Notes: generated from the letters alone by a model not told the origin. A DNA stretch of 64,000 nt from Acidobacteriota bacterium (GCA_965248695.1 CBDFKD010000002.1:2592001-2656000), one strand, 5' to 3'. Shown: positions 38,938 to 49,673, counted from the first letter of the stretch. Numbers and translations are program-made.

Positions 38938-38995
38938 CGGCCAACACCGAGAGGGACAAGGTCCCGTAGTGGCCTAGTTTGGTGCCGGGTTCCAT
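38938..38995 (-). pseudogene. Relic 5' end of a second Ser/Thr kinase gene
   Basis: Reads [14 protein letters not shown]-(frameshift)-LGVG versus [19 protein letters not shown] of the adjacent kinase. The DNA closely matches 41288-41322. Confidence 0.7.
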
Positions 38996-39008
38996 GGCGC
39001 GAACCTAG

Positions 39009-41318
39009 TCAGGGAAGTCCGATCTCGTCAAAGAACGCCTCGATGCGGGGCTCGTCAGCGAAGCCGAAGGCATCGAAAGGAAACACTCTCATCCAGGGCA
39101 AGAATGAGTCGTGCACCTCGTGTGCTTTCCGGAGCCACTCGATGGCCGCGTCGATGTCTCCGGACACCCGTGCCGCCAAGTAGAAAACCACCTCCGAGAC
39201 CGGTTCGCGCTCGCTCCGCTCCCTCAGCTCCGAAAGAAGTTGTTCGCCTGTCGCCGCATCGCCAAAGTGAAGGTGATTGATCGCCACATACCCGGTATTG
39301 AGCGGGTCACCTCCCGATAACTCCACCGCTCGCTCGTACGCCGCCGTCGACTCCTCGATCCTGCCAAGCTCGCGCAGTACCCATCCCTCGACGTGATGCG
39401 GGTGGAAGTGACCTGGATCGAGCTTACGCGCCTCCTCGGTGAGCTGGAGGGCACGTTCCGGGTCGCCCATGGAGAGGGGAGCATAAGCCTGATGACTCCG
39501 GTAGAGACACGCCAACGGATCAAGCTCGCACGCAATCTCCGCCTGTGCCACTGCCTCCTCGGGCCGTTTCAGGATCGTCAGCAGGCACGCGTAAAAGAAA
39601 CGGGTGTCCGGTGATGCGGGGTCGAGTTCGATGGCGCGGACGAAGTGCATTTCCGACGCCTGCCAATCCAGATCGGCCATCAACGCTATGGTCCCCAGGA
39701 TCGCGTGTGCATCGGCGGTCGAATCATCGATCGCCAGGGCTTTGTGCGCCGCCTCACGTGCCTTCGGGTAAGCGTCGAGAGCCGGCATGCCGCCCCAGAC
39801 AGAGGCCACGGCGAAGGCCATTGCCATGCCTGCCCATGCTTGGCCGTAGTCCGGATCGATCTCCACCGCCTGCTGGAAGCAATCTATGGCAATGGTCAGC
39901 TCATCCGGCGTCCAACGTCCCCCGTGAAAGCGCCCCTTGAGATACAGGTTGTAGGCTTCAAGGCTCTGCGTGGCACGCTCGACGATCGGGGCGTCTGAAT
40001 CGCCGCCCAACTGCACTTGGAGCTGGCCAACGATGGCTCGGGCGATCTGATCCTGTATCTCGAAGACATCCTCCATCTCCCGGTCATAGCGCTCCGACCA
40101 CAGTTGGTAGCCTTCGGCGACATCGACAAGCTGCGCAGCGATACGCAGGCGGTTGCCGAACTTGCGCACGCTGCCCATCAACACGGTGCCAACGTGGAGC
40201 TTCTCGCCCACCTCGGCAATGTCGACAGCTGCGCCCCGGAACATGAATGCCGAGGTGCGCGCTGCGACGCGTAGATCCTTGACCGCACCGAGTGCACTCA
40301 TGACCTCCTCGGCCATGCCGTCGCAGAAGTACTGCTGCTCCGGATCGGGGCTCATGTTCTCGAACGGCAGCACCGCAATCGAGTGGGTGGTGGCGGGCAG
40401 ATGAGCCGCTTGCACCTTCGGGGCGGGAGCCTGTCGCGAGGCGGCACCATCCGGATGCTCACCGGAGTCGATCTCACGACGTAACCCCGCCAGTTCGCTG
40501 AGCACGTCGCGAGCCGATTGGGATCGCTGGTCCGGGTCCTTCTGAAGACACCGACTGATGATCCTGCCCAGATGGCGGGGAAGCTGGTGGTTGCGTTTGG
40601 TCACAGGCAGCGGCGTGTCGCGCAGGATCGCTGAGCTGGTTGCCGCCACGCTATTGCCCTGGAAGGGCTGCTCGCCGGTGGCCATCTCGTAGAGCACCAC
40701 ACCCAGCGAGAAGATGTCGGTGCGGTGATCGACCGCACGGCCTTCGAGCTGCTCGGGCGACATGTAGGGGACCGTGCCGAGCACCATCCCCTCACCGGTG
40801 AGGGCTCGGGTGGCCATCTCGGCCGCCTCGCCGACATCTTCGGCGGCGAGTAGCTTGGCCAGACCGAAGTCCAGCACCTTCACCCGTCCGCTGCCGTCGA
40901 GCATGACGTTTTCGGGCTTCAAGTCCCGATGTGTGATGCCGCGCTCATGAGCCGCGGCCAAGGCTTCAGCGAGCGCCTCAGCGATCGGAAAGAAGTCCTG
41001 TAGGGGTACTCCGTCGGCAGGGATCGCATCGTTCAGCAAGCGCCCTTCGACCAGCTCCATCGTCAGCAGTCGTCGCCCGCTCATCTGCTCGATGGAATAA
41101 ATCGTGACGATGTTCGGGTGGTTGATGGCGGCAACCGCCTTGGCTTCGACTTCGAAGCGGGCCAGCCAGTCAGCGTCACCGGCAAAATCCTCGGGCAGCA
41201 CTTTGATGGCGACATCGCGATCCAGGGACGTGTCGCGGGCGCGATACACCTCCCCCATACCGCCTGCGCCCAGCGGAGCGAGGATCTCGTAGTGACCTAG
41301 CTTGGTGCCGGGTTTCAT
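39009..41318 (-). CDS. Hanks-type Ser/Thr protein kinase with TolB-N-like and TPR domains
   Basis: [48 protein letters not shown] repeats. Confidence 0.95.
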   Translation of the reverse strand: MKPGTKLGHYEILAPLGAGGMGEVYRARDTSLDRDVAIKVLPEDFAGDADWLARFEVEAKAVAAINHPNIVTIYSIEQMSGRRLLTMELVEGRLLNDAIPADGVPLQDFFPIAEALAEALAAAHERGITHRDLKPENVMLDGSGRVKVLDFGLAKLLAAEDVGEAAEMATRALTGEGMVLGTVPYMSPEQLEGRAVDHRTDIFSLGVVLYEMATGEQPFQGNSVAATSSAILRDTPLPVTKRNHQLPRHLGRIISRCLQKDPDQRSQSARDVLSELAGLRREIDSGEHPDGAASRQAPAPKVQAAHLPATTHSIAVLPFENMSPDPEQQYFCDGMAEEVMSALGAVKDLRVAARTSAFMFRGAAVDIAEVGEKLHVGTVLMGSVRKFGNRLRIAAQLVDVAEGYQLWSERYDREMEDVFEIQDQIARAIVGQLQVQLGGDSDAPIVERATQSLEAYNLYLKGRFHGGRWTPDELTIAIDCFQQAVEIDPDYGQAWAGMAMAFAVASVWGGMPALDAYPKAREAAHKALAIDDSTADAHAILGTIALMADLDWQASEMHFVRAIELDPASPDTRFFYACLLTILKRPEEAVAQAEIACELDPLACLYRSHQAYAPLSMGDPERALQLTEEARKLDPGHFHPHHVEGWVLRELGRIEESTAAYERAVELSGGDPLNTGYVAINHLHFGDAATGEQLLSELRERSEREPVSEVVFYLAARVSGDIDAAIEWLRKAHEVHDSFLPWMRVFPFDAFGFADEPRIEAFFDEIGLP

Positions 41319-41467
41319 GGCGGTTCCGAGATAGGGTGGATGAGCGCCTGAAGCCTATCGTCAGTGCGCATTCGAACCAACATCAGGGGTCAGGACTGGC
41401 CGAGTAGCGTTGGGGGCGGGGTCTAGGGTCCGGGCGTCGATCGATCTGCTTCTCCAGAAATCGACTC

Positions 41468-41500
41468 TTACGTAATCACGTACGTTAATATGTATAAATA
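41468..41500 (+). promoter_or_regulatory. AT-rich promoter/operator of the antitoxin gene with palindromes
   Basis: TTACGTAA (41468-75), ACGTACGT (41478-85), TGTATA (41491-96). Confidence 0.55.
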
Positions 41501-41542
41501 CGCTCCCGTAGACAGCCGCGTCACGTCCAATCAGGAGAGAAC

Positions 41543-41908
41543 TTGCCTCACGTTCGACTCGACCAGGACCTGCGATCGGTTACCGACTTCCGGGCCAATG
41601 CAGCCGCCGTCATAGACGGCGTACGCGATACCCGGCGGCCGGTGGTGTTGACGCAGCACGGGCGCGGGGTGGTGGTTGTCATGGACGTACGCGAGTACCA
41701 GAGAATGATCGACGCGTTGGAGGAGCCTGCGCGCAGGACGCGCACGCCCCCCGCGCACGATCCAGTAGAGGCGTACAAGGACGGCGTCGATCGGACACTG
41801 CTGCGAGCGAATCTTGCGCGCCCGGCCGCGGAACGAATCCGCTGCTTGGAAGAGATGGCGAGCTTCGCCAACCGGCTGCGTCAGGCGCCGCGCCGCCCGC
41901 CAGAGTGA
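41543..41908 (+). CDS. Phd/YefM-domain antitoxin fused to a 'GVDRTLLRANL' helical domain
   Basis: SVTDFRANAAAVIDGVRDTRRPVVLTQHGRGVVVVMDVREY (Phd), then AYKDGVDRTLLRANLARPAAERI; AGGAG RBS, TTG start. Confidence 0.8.
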   Translation: MPHVRLDQDLRSVTDFRANAAAVIDGVRDTRRPVVLTQHGRGVVVVMDVREYQRMIDALEEPARRTRTPPAHDPVEAYKDGVDRTLLRANLARPAAERIRCLEEMASFANRLRQAPRRPPE

Positions 41909-42384
41909 CCGAGTTCGCGCGGCTGATCGAGACGCTGACGACAGGCGGAATCCGCTTCGTGGTCGTCGGTGGCGTCGCGGCAACCGTGCACGGTTCGGCT
42001 CGGCTGACCCAAGATCTCGACGTCGTGTATGCCCGCGACGAGGACAACGTCGTTCGCCTGGTTGCCGCCCTGGCACCACTGACGCCTTACCTTCGAGGAG
42101 CACCGCCAGGGCTGCCCTTCGCTTGGGATGCCGCCACCCTTCGTGCCGGGTTGAACTTCACACTCACCACGCAGCTCGGTGACCTGGACCTGCTTGGGGA
42201 GATCGCTGGCGGTGGCGGCTACGAGCGCCTGGTTGGCGACACGATAGTGGTCGAGCTGGACGACATCGAGTTTCTTTGCCTGGGGTTGGAGCGCCTCATC
42301 GACGTCAAACGTGCAGCCGGCCGTCCCAAAGACCTCGAGGTGATCGCCGAGCTCGAGATCATCCGCGACGAGATTCGCTGCTAA
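41905..42384 (+). CDS. Pol-beta-superfamily nucleotidyltransferase (AbiEii/DUF6036-like), putative toxin
   Basis: VVVGGVAATVHGSARLTQDLDV, LDLLGE, LIDVKRAAGRPKD; GTGA overlap. Confidence 0.8.
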   Translation: MTEFARLIETLTTGGIRFVVVGGVAATVHGSARLTQDLDVVYARDEDNVVRLVAALAPLTPYLRGAPPGLPFAWDAATLRAGLNFTLTTQLGDLDLLGEIAGGGGYERLVGDTIVVELDDIEFLCLGLERLIDVKRAAGRPKDLEVIAELEIIRDEIRC

Positions 42385-42451
42385 GGTGCGGCCCTCAGCT
42401 CAGCCTGAGCACCGCCATGTAACAGCCCCCGATAGCCCTGGAGGAAAGCCC

Positions 42452-44014
42452 ATGAGACCAGGCGCACGCCGAACCCCGGGACGAGCTGGCCTCTGCCTAC
42501 TGATCGTCGCCGTCCTGGGGCTGGCGTCACCCATCCAAGCGCAGACCGGAGAACGTTTCGACATCGTGCTAGCCGGCGGCCGAGTGCTCGACCCGGAGAC
42601 CGGCCTCGACGCGTTGCGCAACGTCGGCATTCGCGGCGACAGGATCGATGCGATCTCGGAGGGACCGCTGACCGGTGCGGTGGTCATCGACGTCAGCGGG
42701 CTGGTGGTGGCGCCCGGGTTCGTCGACCTGCACGCCCACGGTCAGGGCAACGCAGCCAACGCCTACCAGGCGCGCGATGGGGTTACCACGGCGCTCGAGC
42801 TCGAAAGCGGCGCGGGCGATGTCGAGACCTTCATCAACGAGCGCCGCGGTGACTCGATCCTGAATTTCGGCGTATCGGTATCGCACAGCTTCAATCGCGT
42901 CTGGGCGATGCCCGGGCGAGCCACCGAGACGGCGCGACTCGACGAGATGTTCGCGTCCGGGTCGGCGAGCACTGCGAAGGTACGCGAGCTCATGAGAGCC
43001 ATGGGAGGCACCGGCTACGACCCCATTGATCGCCAGGCGATCGGCGGACTCCGCGATCGATTCGCCCGCGGGCTGCGCGCCGGCGGCCTCGGGTTCGGAG
43101 TGCCACACCAGTACTACCCCGGCGCCGACTACGACGAGATCTTCCGCGTCTTCGAGATGGCCGCCGATTGGGACGTGCCTATCTACACGCATGTTCGCGG
43201 CATGGACGTCGGCGCGTTCCAGGAGGTCATCGCCAACGCCGCCGTCACCGGCGCACCGCTGCACATCGTGCACGTCAACAGCTCGGCCCTCGGCGACATG
43301 GCGACGGTGCTCGACATTATCGGCGCCGCGCAGGCCCGTGGCCTGGACGTCACCACCGAGTCCTATCCCTACACTGCCGGAGCCGCCGACATCAGCTCGG
43401 CGCTCTACGACGAGGGCTGGGAAGAGCTCCTGGGCATCAGCTACGGCGACCTCCAGTGGGTGGCCACCGGCGAGCGCCTCACCGAGGAGACCTTCAACAA
43501 GTACCGCGCTGAGGGCGGCATCGTGATCGACCACCTGATGAAACCGGAGTGGATCGAGCTGGCCATGCGCACGCCGTTCGTCATGGTGGCCTCGGACGGC
43601 TTGCAGTACTCGCCCGAGGCTCACCCGCGCAGCGCCGGGACCTTCTCGCGCTTCCTCGGCTACTACGTACGCGAGCTCGAGCTCCTACCGTTGATCGAGG
43701 CCGTCGGCAAGATCTCGCTGATGCCGGCGCAGCGTCTGCAAGAAGTTGCCCCGATGATGGCGCGCAAGGGACGCATCCAGGTAGGCGCCGATGCCGACAT
43801 CACCGTATTCGCACCCGGCTCCATCATCGACACCGCCACCTTCGAGGACGACCTGTCGTTCTCCGAGGGCGTCGAGCACGTGCTGGTCAACGGCACCTTC
43901 GTGGTGCGCGACGGGGAGAACGTACGGGGGGCGCGGCCGGGACGCCCGGTGCTCGGAAAGATGTACGCCGGATCGGACGAAGAGCCTAGCTCGCTACAGC
44001 GCGAAATACCTTGA
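42452..44014 (+). CDS. Secreted N-acyl-D-amino-acid deacylase / amidohydrolase-3 family protein
   Basis: Signal peptide, APGFVDLHAH, YPYTAG, ASDG, HPRSAGTF, GADADITVF. Confidence 0.88.
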   Translation: MRPGARRTPGRAGLCLLIVAVLGLASPIQAQTGERFDIVLAGGRVLDPETGLDALRNVGIRGDRIDAISEGPLTGAVVIDVSGLVVAPGFVDLHAHGQGNAANAYQARDGVTTALELESGAGDVETFINERRGDSILNFGVSVSHSFNRVWAMPGRATETARLDEMFASGSASTAKVRELMRAMGGTGYDPIDRQAIGGLRDRFARGLRAGGLGFGVPHQYYPGADYDEIFRVFEMAADWDVPIYTHVRGMDVGAFQEVIANAAVTGAPLHIVHVNSSALGDMATVLDIIGAAQARGLDVTTESYPYTAGAADISSALYDEGWEELLGISYGDLQWVATGERLTEETFNKYRAEGGIVIDHLMKPEWIELAMRTPFVMVASDGLQYSPEAHPRSAGTFSRFLGYYVRELELLPLIEAVGKISLMPAQRLQEVAPMMARKGRIQVGADADITVFAPGSIIDTATFEDDLSFSEGVEHVLVNGTFVVRDGENVRGARPGRPVLGKMYAGSDEEPSSLQREIP

Positions 44015-45321
44015 TGTCGACATCCGGGTGCAGCAGGAGGATGCTGCCGGTACTGTCTCTCGCGCTCGCGGCAGTCGCCGGGCTGGCGGCTCAATCGCCG
44101 ACCGAGGAAGCGAGTTGGCGGCAGTGGGGCGGGCCGCACCGGAACTTCATCTCCGACGCGACGAGCCTTGCCGACTCATGGCCCGAGGGAGGTCCGCGCG
44201 AAATCTGGAGCCGCCCGCTTGGCCAGGGCCATTCGACGATCGTCGTCGACGACGCTCACCTCTACACGATGTACCGGCCGAACCTCGAGGGGGCAGGCGA
44301 CCAGTGGGCCACCGAAGAGCTCGTCGTGGCCCTGGACGCCGCTACCGGGGAGACGATCTGGGAGTACGCCTACGGCTCTCAGCCCTTGAACTTCAGGTTC
44401 GGCGCAGGGCCGCACTCGACGCCGCTCATCGTCGGTGATCGGCTGTTCACCGCCGGCACGAACAAGCAGCTCCACGCCTTCGACAAGCGAACCGGCGAAG
44501 TTCTTTGGTCGCACAATCTCGTCGCCGAGTACGGTGCGCCGGCGACGTTGATCCGCCCGGCCGTTACCGCCGGGTACGCCGTCAGCCCGCTGGCGTACAA
44601 CAACACGGTGATCGCAACCGCCGGTGGCGACGGGCAGTCGGTGATGGCCTTCAACCAGAGCGACGGTTCGCTGGTCTGGAAGAACGGCGACTTTCTGATC
44701 GCGCCCTCTTCGCCGATCCTGATCGAGCTCGAGGGCGAGACCCAGCTCGTTGTCGTGGGGGGCCAGACGGTCAACGGGCTGAACCCGAACACCGGTGAGA
44801 TCCTCTGGAGCCATCCGCACGACACCAATGGCGACATGAACAACACGACGGCGGTATGGGGAGAGGACAATGTGTTGTTCGTCTCAGCCGCTTATAACTC
44901 GGGCAGCCGCGGCATGCGTTTGTCCAAGTCGGGTGACGGCACCGAGGTCGACGAGCTCTGGTTCAGTCGCGACATGCAGATCATGTTCGGTAGCACGATT
45001 CGGTTGGGCGACTTCATCTACGGAAGCAGCGGCGGCTTCGGCCCGGCGTTCATTACGGCGCTCGACCTGCGAACGGGGACCGCGGCATGGAAGGAACGCG
45101 GGTTCTCCCGGTCGCAGCTTCTCTACGCCGATGACAAAGCGATCATCCTCGACGAGGACGGCAACTTGGCGTTGACGGAGATTTCACCGGAGGGCCTGAC
45201 GGTCACGTCGACGGCTGAAGTGCTGACCGGTACGTCATGGACGGCGCCGACCCTCGTCGGCACGATCCTCTACCTGCGGGACCGGCAATCGATCAAGGCG
45301 CTGGATATCGGCGAACGCTGA
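44011..45321 (+). CDS. Secreted PQQ-like beta-propeller protein
   Basis: Signal peptide, WRQWGGPHRNF, ALDAATGETIW repeats, WTAPTL. Confidence 0.8.
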   Translation: MMSTSGCSRRMLPVLSLALAAVAGLAAQSPTEEASWRQWGGPHRNFISDATSLADSWPEGGPREIWSRPLGQGHSTIVVDDAHLYTMYRPNLEGAGDQWATEELVVALDAATGETIWEYAYGSQPLNFRFGAGPHSTPLIVGDRLFTAGTNKQLHAFDKRTGEVLWSHNLVAEYGAPATLIRPAVTAGYAVSPLAYNNTVIATAGGDGQSVMAFNQSDGSLVWKNGDFLIAPSSPILIELEGETQLVVVGGQTVNGLNPNTGEILWSHPHDTNGDMNNTTAVWGEDNVLFVSAAYNSGSRGMRLSKSGDGTEVDELWFSRDMQIMFGSTIRLGDFIYGSSGGFGPAFITALDLRTGTAAWKERGFSRSQLLYADDKAIILDEDGNLALTEISPEGLTVTSTAEVLTGTSWTAPTLVGTILYLRDRQSIKALDIGER

Positions 45322-45345
45322 GCAAGCCAGCCCGCCTAGCGACGG

Positions 45346-47772
45346 TCAGGCACGTAGGGCGCTGTTCGGATCGATGCGTGCCGCACGCGCCGCCGGCAGC
45401 AAGCAAGCAAGCAGGCCGGTCACGGCGAGCACCAGGGTGATCAACGCGTAGATCGACACGTCGCGTGGATCGACCTGGAACAGCACCAACTCGAGGCCGC
45501 CTGCGGCCAGCATCGCGAGTCCGAGCCCCAGCACCAGACCGAAAGCGATCTGCCAGAGCCCCTGTCGCAGGACGAGCCCCAGCACGTGCCCGCTGTTGGC
45601 GCCCAGCGCCATGCGGATGCCGACCTCGGCGGTACGGCGCCGAACCGCAAACGACATCACGCCGTACAGGCCGATCGAAGCAAGGAACAGTGCGACGAAA
45701 CCGAACACCATGAACAGCGATCCGAAGACCCGGAAGAACCAGGTATCGGCCTCGATCTGTGTCTGCAGCGTTTGCACCCAGTAGATCGGCAGGTCGGGAT
45801 CGAGCGCGCTCACCGCCTGGCGCACCGCGCCCGCCTGGCTCAATGGCTCGTCGGCGGTGAGCACCGCGAGGCTCGCGAAGTTGAGGTCGTTCTGCGCCAG
45901 CGCCAGATAGACGCCCTCGGGCCCACGATCACCGAGGTCCCCGACCCCGGGCATCTGCAGATCCGGCGCCACCCCGACTATGGTGAGCCAGGGGTCGTTG
46001 GTGTCGGGATCCGAGCCGAGTCGAAAACGACGCCCGAGAGCGTCTTGGCCGGCGTAGAAACGCTCCGCGAAGCTCGTGTTGACGATCGCAACGGGCAAGC
46101 TCTCGGCGGTGTCCAACTGGTTGAAGTCACGCCCCTGGAGGAGCCGCGCCTCGAAGGTGTCGAAGAGCCCCGGGCCGGTGATGACGGCGCTGGCGCGGGG
46201 GTAGTCTTCGCGGTTCGGGTACGACTCACCTTCGACCGCGAACCGACTCGACCCTGACTGTTGACTGCCCGGCAAGGCTTGGGTGACGACGGCGCCACGG
46301 GCGCCGGGCAGGCCGTCGAGACGACGCTGCAGATCGGCGAAGAACTGGCGGCGCTGCTCCACCTCCGGATAGTCGGCGGCGAAGAGGCCGACCCGGGCAG
46401 TGAGCACGTCGGTCCTGAATCCCAGATCGAGGTTGCTGAGCTGCGCCACGCTCTTGATCATCAAGCCGGCACCGACCAGCAGACCACACGAGAGCGCCAC
46501 CTCGGCCACCACCAGCACCCTGCTAAGGCGTCCCATGCGGAACCCGGAGGAGCCCCGGGATTCATCCTTGAGCACGTCGCTGAGATTCGATCCGGAAACC
46601 TGCAGCGCTGGAACCAGGCCGGCGACCAGACTGGCTATCACCACCACCGCGCTGGTGAACGCCAGCACCACCCAATCGATATCAACCTGGATCCGGTAGG
46701 GCTTCTGAACGCCCGCCAGCGCACTGTTGAACATCACCACGCCGACCTTGGCAACGATCAGTCCGAGGGCGCCCCCGATCGATGCCAGCACCAAGACCTC
46801 AGTCAGGAACTGTGAGATCACTCGCCAGCGGCCCGCCCCCAGCGCCGTACGCACGGCGACTTCCTTGGACCGATCGATGGCGCGTGCGAGCAACAGGTTG
46901 GCGACGTTGGCGCAGGCAATGAGCAGCACCATGAACACCGCTCCCTGCATGGTCCACAACATGACGACCACGGGCTCGTTGAGGTACCTGCGTGTGAACG
47001 GCCTGACGATCGCCCGCACGCCCTCGTTGGTGTCCGGATGGTCCGCCGCGATGCGCGACGCGATCCCATCCATCTCTTCCAGAGCAGCCTCGATGCTGAT
47101 GCCATCGCGAAGTCGTCCCACAGCAGCCAGACCGGTGCCGGTGCCGCGCCCGTCGAGCGCCGCCAGATCGATCGCAAGCGGCAACCACGCCTCCTCGGCC
47201 ATCGGGAAACCGAAGCCCGGCGGCATGACACCGACGATGGTGCCGGGGCGCCCGTTGATGCGCACCGCCGCGCCAACCACGGCCGGATCACTCTGGAACT
47301 GGTTTTCCCACACCTCGTGGCCAATCAGCAGCGCCGGGTCGGCTCCCGGCCGCGCATCTTCAGGCATGAGAGCACGGCCTAGCGCCGGAGCGGCACCGAT
47401 CAACGGGAAGATCGACGGCGTCATGAAGGCGCCATCGAAGCGCAACGGACGCTCACTGCCGCTGACGTTGATCGTGCCCTGATAGTAGGCACCGAACTGC
47501 TCGAAGCTCGTCTGTTGGGCGGCCCAGTCAACGTAGTCGTGCTGAGACACCGCCATCTGGTCGATGCCGAGCGAGGGATTGGTGCGGTCGAGCGCGACGA
47601 TCTCGTGGGCATCCTCGAACGGCAGCTCCGTCAAGGCCCCATGGACGATCGAGTACATCGTGGTGGTCAGGCCAATCCCGAGCGCCAGAGCGAGCACCGA
47701 GATGGCGGAGGTGGTCGGCTGCTTGATCAACATGCGCAACCCGAAGCGGACGTTCTGTACCAAGGTGGCCAT
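45346..47772 (-). CDS. Duplicated orphan ABC permease (ADOP), second copy
   Basis: [53 protein letters not shown]. Confidence 0.9.
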   Translation of the reverse strand: MATLVQNVRFGLRMLIKQPTTSAISVLALALGIGLTTTMYSIVHGALTELPFEDAHEIVALDRTNPSLGIDQMAVSQHDYVDWAAQQTSFEQFGAYYQGTINVSGSERPLRFDGAFMTPSIFPLIGAAPALGRALMPEDARPGADPALLIGHEVWENQFQSDPAVVGAAVRINGRPGTIVGVMPPGFGFPMAEEAWLPLAIDLAALDGRGTGTGLAAVGRLRDGISIEAALEEMDGIASRIAADHPDTNEGVRAIVRPFTRRYLNEPVVVMLWTMQGAVFMVLLIACANVANLLLARAIDRSKEVAVRTALGAGRWRVISQFLTEVLVLASIGGALGLIVAKVGVVMFNSALAGVQKPYRIQVDIDWVVLAFTSAVVVIASLVAGLVPALQVSGSNLSDVLKDESRGSSGFRMGRLSRVLVVAEVALSCGLLVGAGLMIKSVAQLSNLDLGFRTDVLTARVGLFAADYPEVEQRRQFFADLQRRLDGLPGARGAVVTQALPGSQQSGSSRFAVEGESYPNREDYPRASAVITGPGLFDTFEARLLQGRDFNQLDTAESLPVAIVNTSFAERFYAGQDALGRRFRLGSDPDTNDPWLTIVGVAPDLQMPGVGDLGDRGPEGVYLALAQNDLNFASLAVLTADEPLSQAGAVRQAVSALDPDLPIYWVQTLQTQIEADTWFFRVFGSLFMVFGFVALFLASIGLYGVMSFAVRRRTAEVGIRMALGANSGHVLGLVLRQGLWQIAFGLVLGLGLAMLAAGGLELVLFQVDPRDVSIYALITLVLAVTGLLACLLPAARAARIDPNSALRA

Positions 47773-47964
47773 GGGCGCTGGATCTCCGGAGCCGGTCGCC
47801 GCCGCGGATCAGCCACGGGCGGGCGCGTGGTTGTCGTCTGCTTGGTTACGACGCGGAAGAGGTCCGATCGGTTTCATAAACCGCGCTCCTGTCATCGCCC
47901 AGCTTGTGGCGCGCCCTGCGCAGTTGCTTGGGCTCGAGGAATCCGCCAGGATACGGGCCACAGT

Positions 47965-48111
47965 GCGGGTGGCGGCAACCACGTCTCTGTGCGCGTCGAT
48001 GTTCACGATGTTGAGGCAATGCAAGCGGCCTTGGAGTCACCAGAGATCGAGGAGGCGAAGCAAGCTCATGGCGTGCTCGAACCGATCTCGGCCTTCATCG
48101 AGAACAGCTGA
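47965..48111 (+). pseudogene. Possible C-terminal fragment of a small dimeric alpha/beta-barrel (cyclase-like) protein
   Basis: NHVSVRVDVHDVEAMQAALESPEIEEAKQAHGVLEPISAFIE looks protein-like, but there is no plausible start or RBS. Confidence 0.3.
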
Positions 48112-48151
48112 AGCTTCGCCAAAGACTGCCCGGGAGCCGTAGGCGGAGTCG

Positions 48152-48817
48152 ATGACCCTCACACGAGCTCTGCGGGCCGGCATCGACCGCTGGCTGCATC
48201 GTCACCCGTTCGAGGGTCGCTACGCGGAGCGTTACAGACTCCATCAACGCCGTGCTTTCGGGGATCTCGACGAGCGACTGCTCCGAGACCTGCATGCGCC
48301 ACTCACGACAGCCCGAACCGTTCTCGATCTCGGCTCGGGGCCCGGCGATTTCGGTCGACGAGTTGCGTGCGCGCACCCGCATTTGCGGCTGCTGGCCGTG
48401 GATCCGAGCGAGACCTATGCGCCTCAGCTCGTCCGCGGAGCCTTGAATCTGGACCAGCTGCGGGCAACCGGGGAGTATCTACCGCTTGCCGACGAGAGCG
48501 TCGATCTGGCGGTGTGTCTAAGCTCCCTACGTCACTTTCGCAACCGCGTTCAAGGGTTGCGAGAACTGCGTCGCGTTGTAAGGCCTTGCGGTTGCGCGGT
48601 GGTCGTAGAGCTCGATCCGCACGCGTCGGCGCCGCGGCGGCAGCGCCACCTCCGACGGCTGCGATCCCGCTGGGGGCGACTCGTCTTCACGCCCTTCGTT
48701 CTGCGGCCCGCTCCGAGCGCCGATGAAATGGTCCAGTTCGCGAGAGATGCGGGCTGGGGTGAGGTCTCATCGGAGGTCGATGCGCAGCAGCCGGTCTACC
48801 GGCTGACGCTAACCTGA
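48152..48817 (+). CDS. Class I SAM-dependent methyltransferase
   Basis: VLDLGSGPG, LLAVDPS, LPLADESVDL, LRELRRVVRP; GGAG RBS. Confidence 0.85.
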   Translation: MTLTRALRAGIDRWLHRHPFEGRYAERYRLHQRRAFGDLDERLLRDLHAPLTTARTVLDLGSGPGDFGRRVACAHPHLRLLAVDPSETYAPQLVRGALNLDQLRATGEYLPLADESVDLAVCLSSLRHFRNRVQGLRELRRVVRPCGCAVVVELDPHASAPRRQRHLRRLRSRWGRLVFTPFVLRPAPSADEMVQFARDAGWGEVSSEVDAQQPVYRLTLT

Positions 48818-49027
48818 GCCCGGGGCATCCTCGTCGTTCGGATCGGCTTGATCGGCCTGCTCGGCGCTCGGCTTCCTGCTGCGCTGACCCGTAGCCAGGG
48901 CCGCACCGATGGCGATCCCGGTACCCATGTTGTCCATCGCTGCTCCCAGCCCCACACCAACCGCGATACCGATGCCCATGCCTGAGGCGCCATTCGAGCG
49001 GTCGTCAGGTTTCTCTGGAGTCTGCAT
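48809..49027 (-). CDS. Small glycine-zipper membrane protein
   Basis: GMGIGIAVGVGLGAAMDNMGTGIAIGAAL; GGAGGA RBS. Confidence 0.65.
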   Translation of the reverse strand: MQTPEKPDDRSNGASGMGIGIAVGVGLGAAMDNMGTGIAIGAALATGQRSRKPSAEQADQADPNDEDAPGSG

Positions 49028-49079
49028 CAAGTCCTCCGGGCACCTGGACCGCGACATCACGGACCAGAGCCCTCGCCCG

Positions 49080-49559
49080 TCATCGTGCGGAGGGCCGCAC
49101 CTCGGCAACCACATCTAGCACGCCGTCATTCTCCTCGAGGATGTCGTCGTTGACCATCAGGAAGAGCATTCCGGCACGTGCGACGGTGCGCTCGACGCGC
49201 GTGCCGACCAGGAAGTGCTCACCGGATTCGCCGATCTTGGCGATCAGCGCCAGGCCGGTGAGATCGTTCGCCGGCCAGGTGCCGAGGTGCGGATCGGCGT
49301 CGGCAATGCCCTCCGGACCCGTCTGGTGACCGGCCGAATGAAACGTGTAGCGGCCGGTCGCGCTGAGCGCCAGCACGTCGCCGACGCGCACCTCCAGCCC
49401 GGACGCCTGCCACGAAAGGTCCGACTGCACGGCGATCGTCGAACGCCCGGCCGACCCCACTGCGACGTCGCCTCCACCGTCAGCACGTCCCGTCCACCAG
49501 AGGCCTGCCGTCACGGCCAGAGCTGCGATGACAAAAACGACCGCAATTGTTCGTCGCAT
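49080..49559 (-). CDS. Membrane-anchored/secreted LecA (PA-IL)-like lectin-fold protein
   Basis: N-terminal TM; WQASGLEV..GD.L.LSATG, GPEG, ALIAKIG, GMLFLMVND...NDG.L.V. Confidence 0.6.
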   Translation of the reverse strand: MRRTIAVVFVIAALAVTAGLWWTGRADGGGDVAVGSAGRSTIAVQSDLSWQASGLEVRVGDVLALSATGRYTFHSAGHQTGPEGIADADPHLGTWPANDLTGLALIAKIGESGEHFLVGTRVERTVARAGMLFLMVNDDILEENDGVLDVVAEVRPSAR

Positions 49560-49603
49560 TACCACGCTCCGGAAACCCGTTCTCGCGCTTGCCAACCGCA
49601 CGA

Positions 49604-49643
49604 ATAAGGACCGGGCCACCGTAGCGCGTGGCCCGGGCCTTAT
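49604..49643 (-). terminator. Intrinsic terminator-like hairpin
   Basis: ATAAGG(A)CCGGGCCAC-N8-GTGGCCCGG(G)CCTTAT, about 30 bp downstream of the 49674..50009 gene. Confidence 0.65.
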
Positions 49644-49673
49644 CTCAGCAACCGCTGTAGGGCAGCTCGGCGA

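Noticed and set aside
38967-38980. Another copy of the TAGTGGCCT MITE-like end
   Set aside because: Better explained as the antisense of KLGHY codons in the kinase relic.
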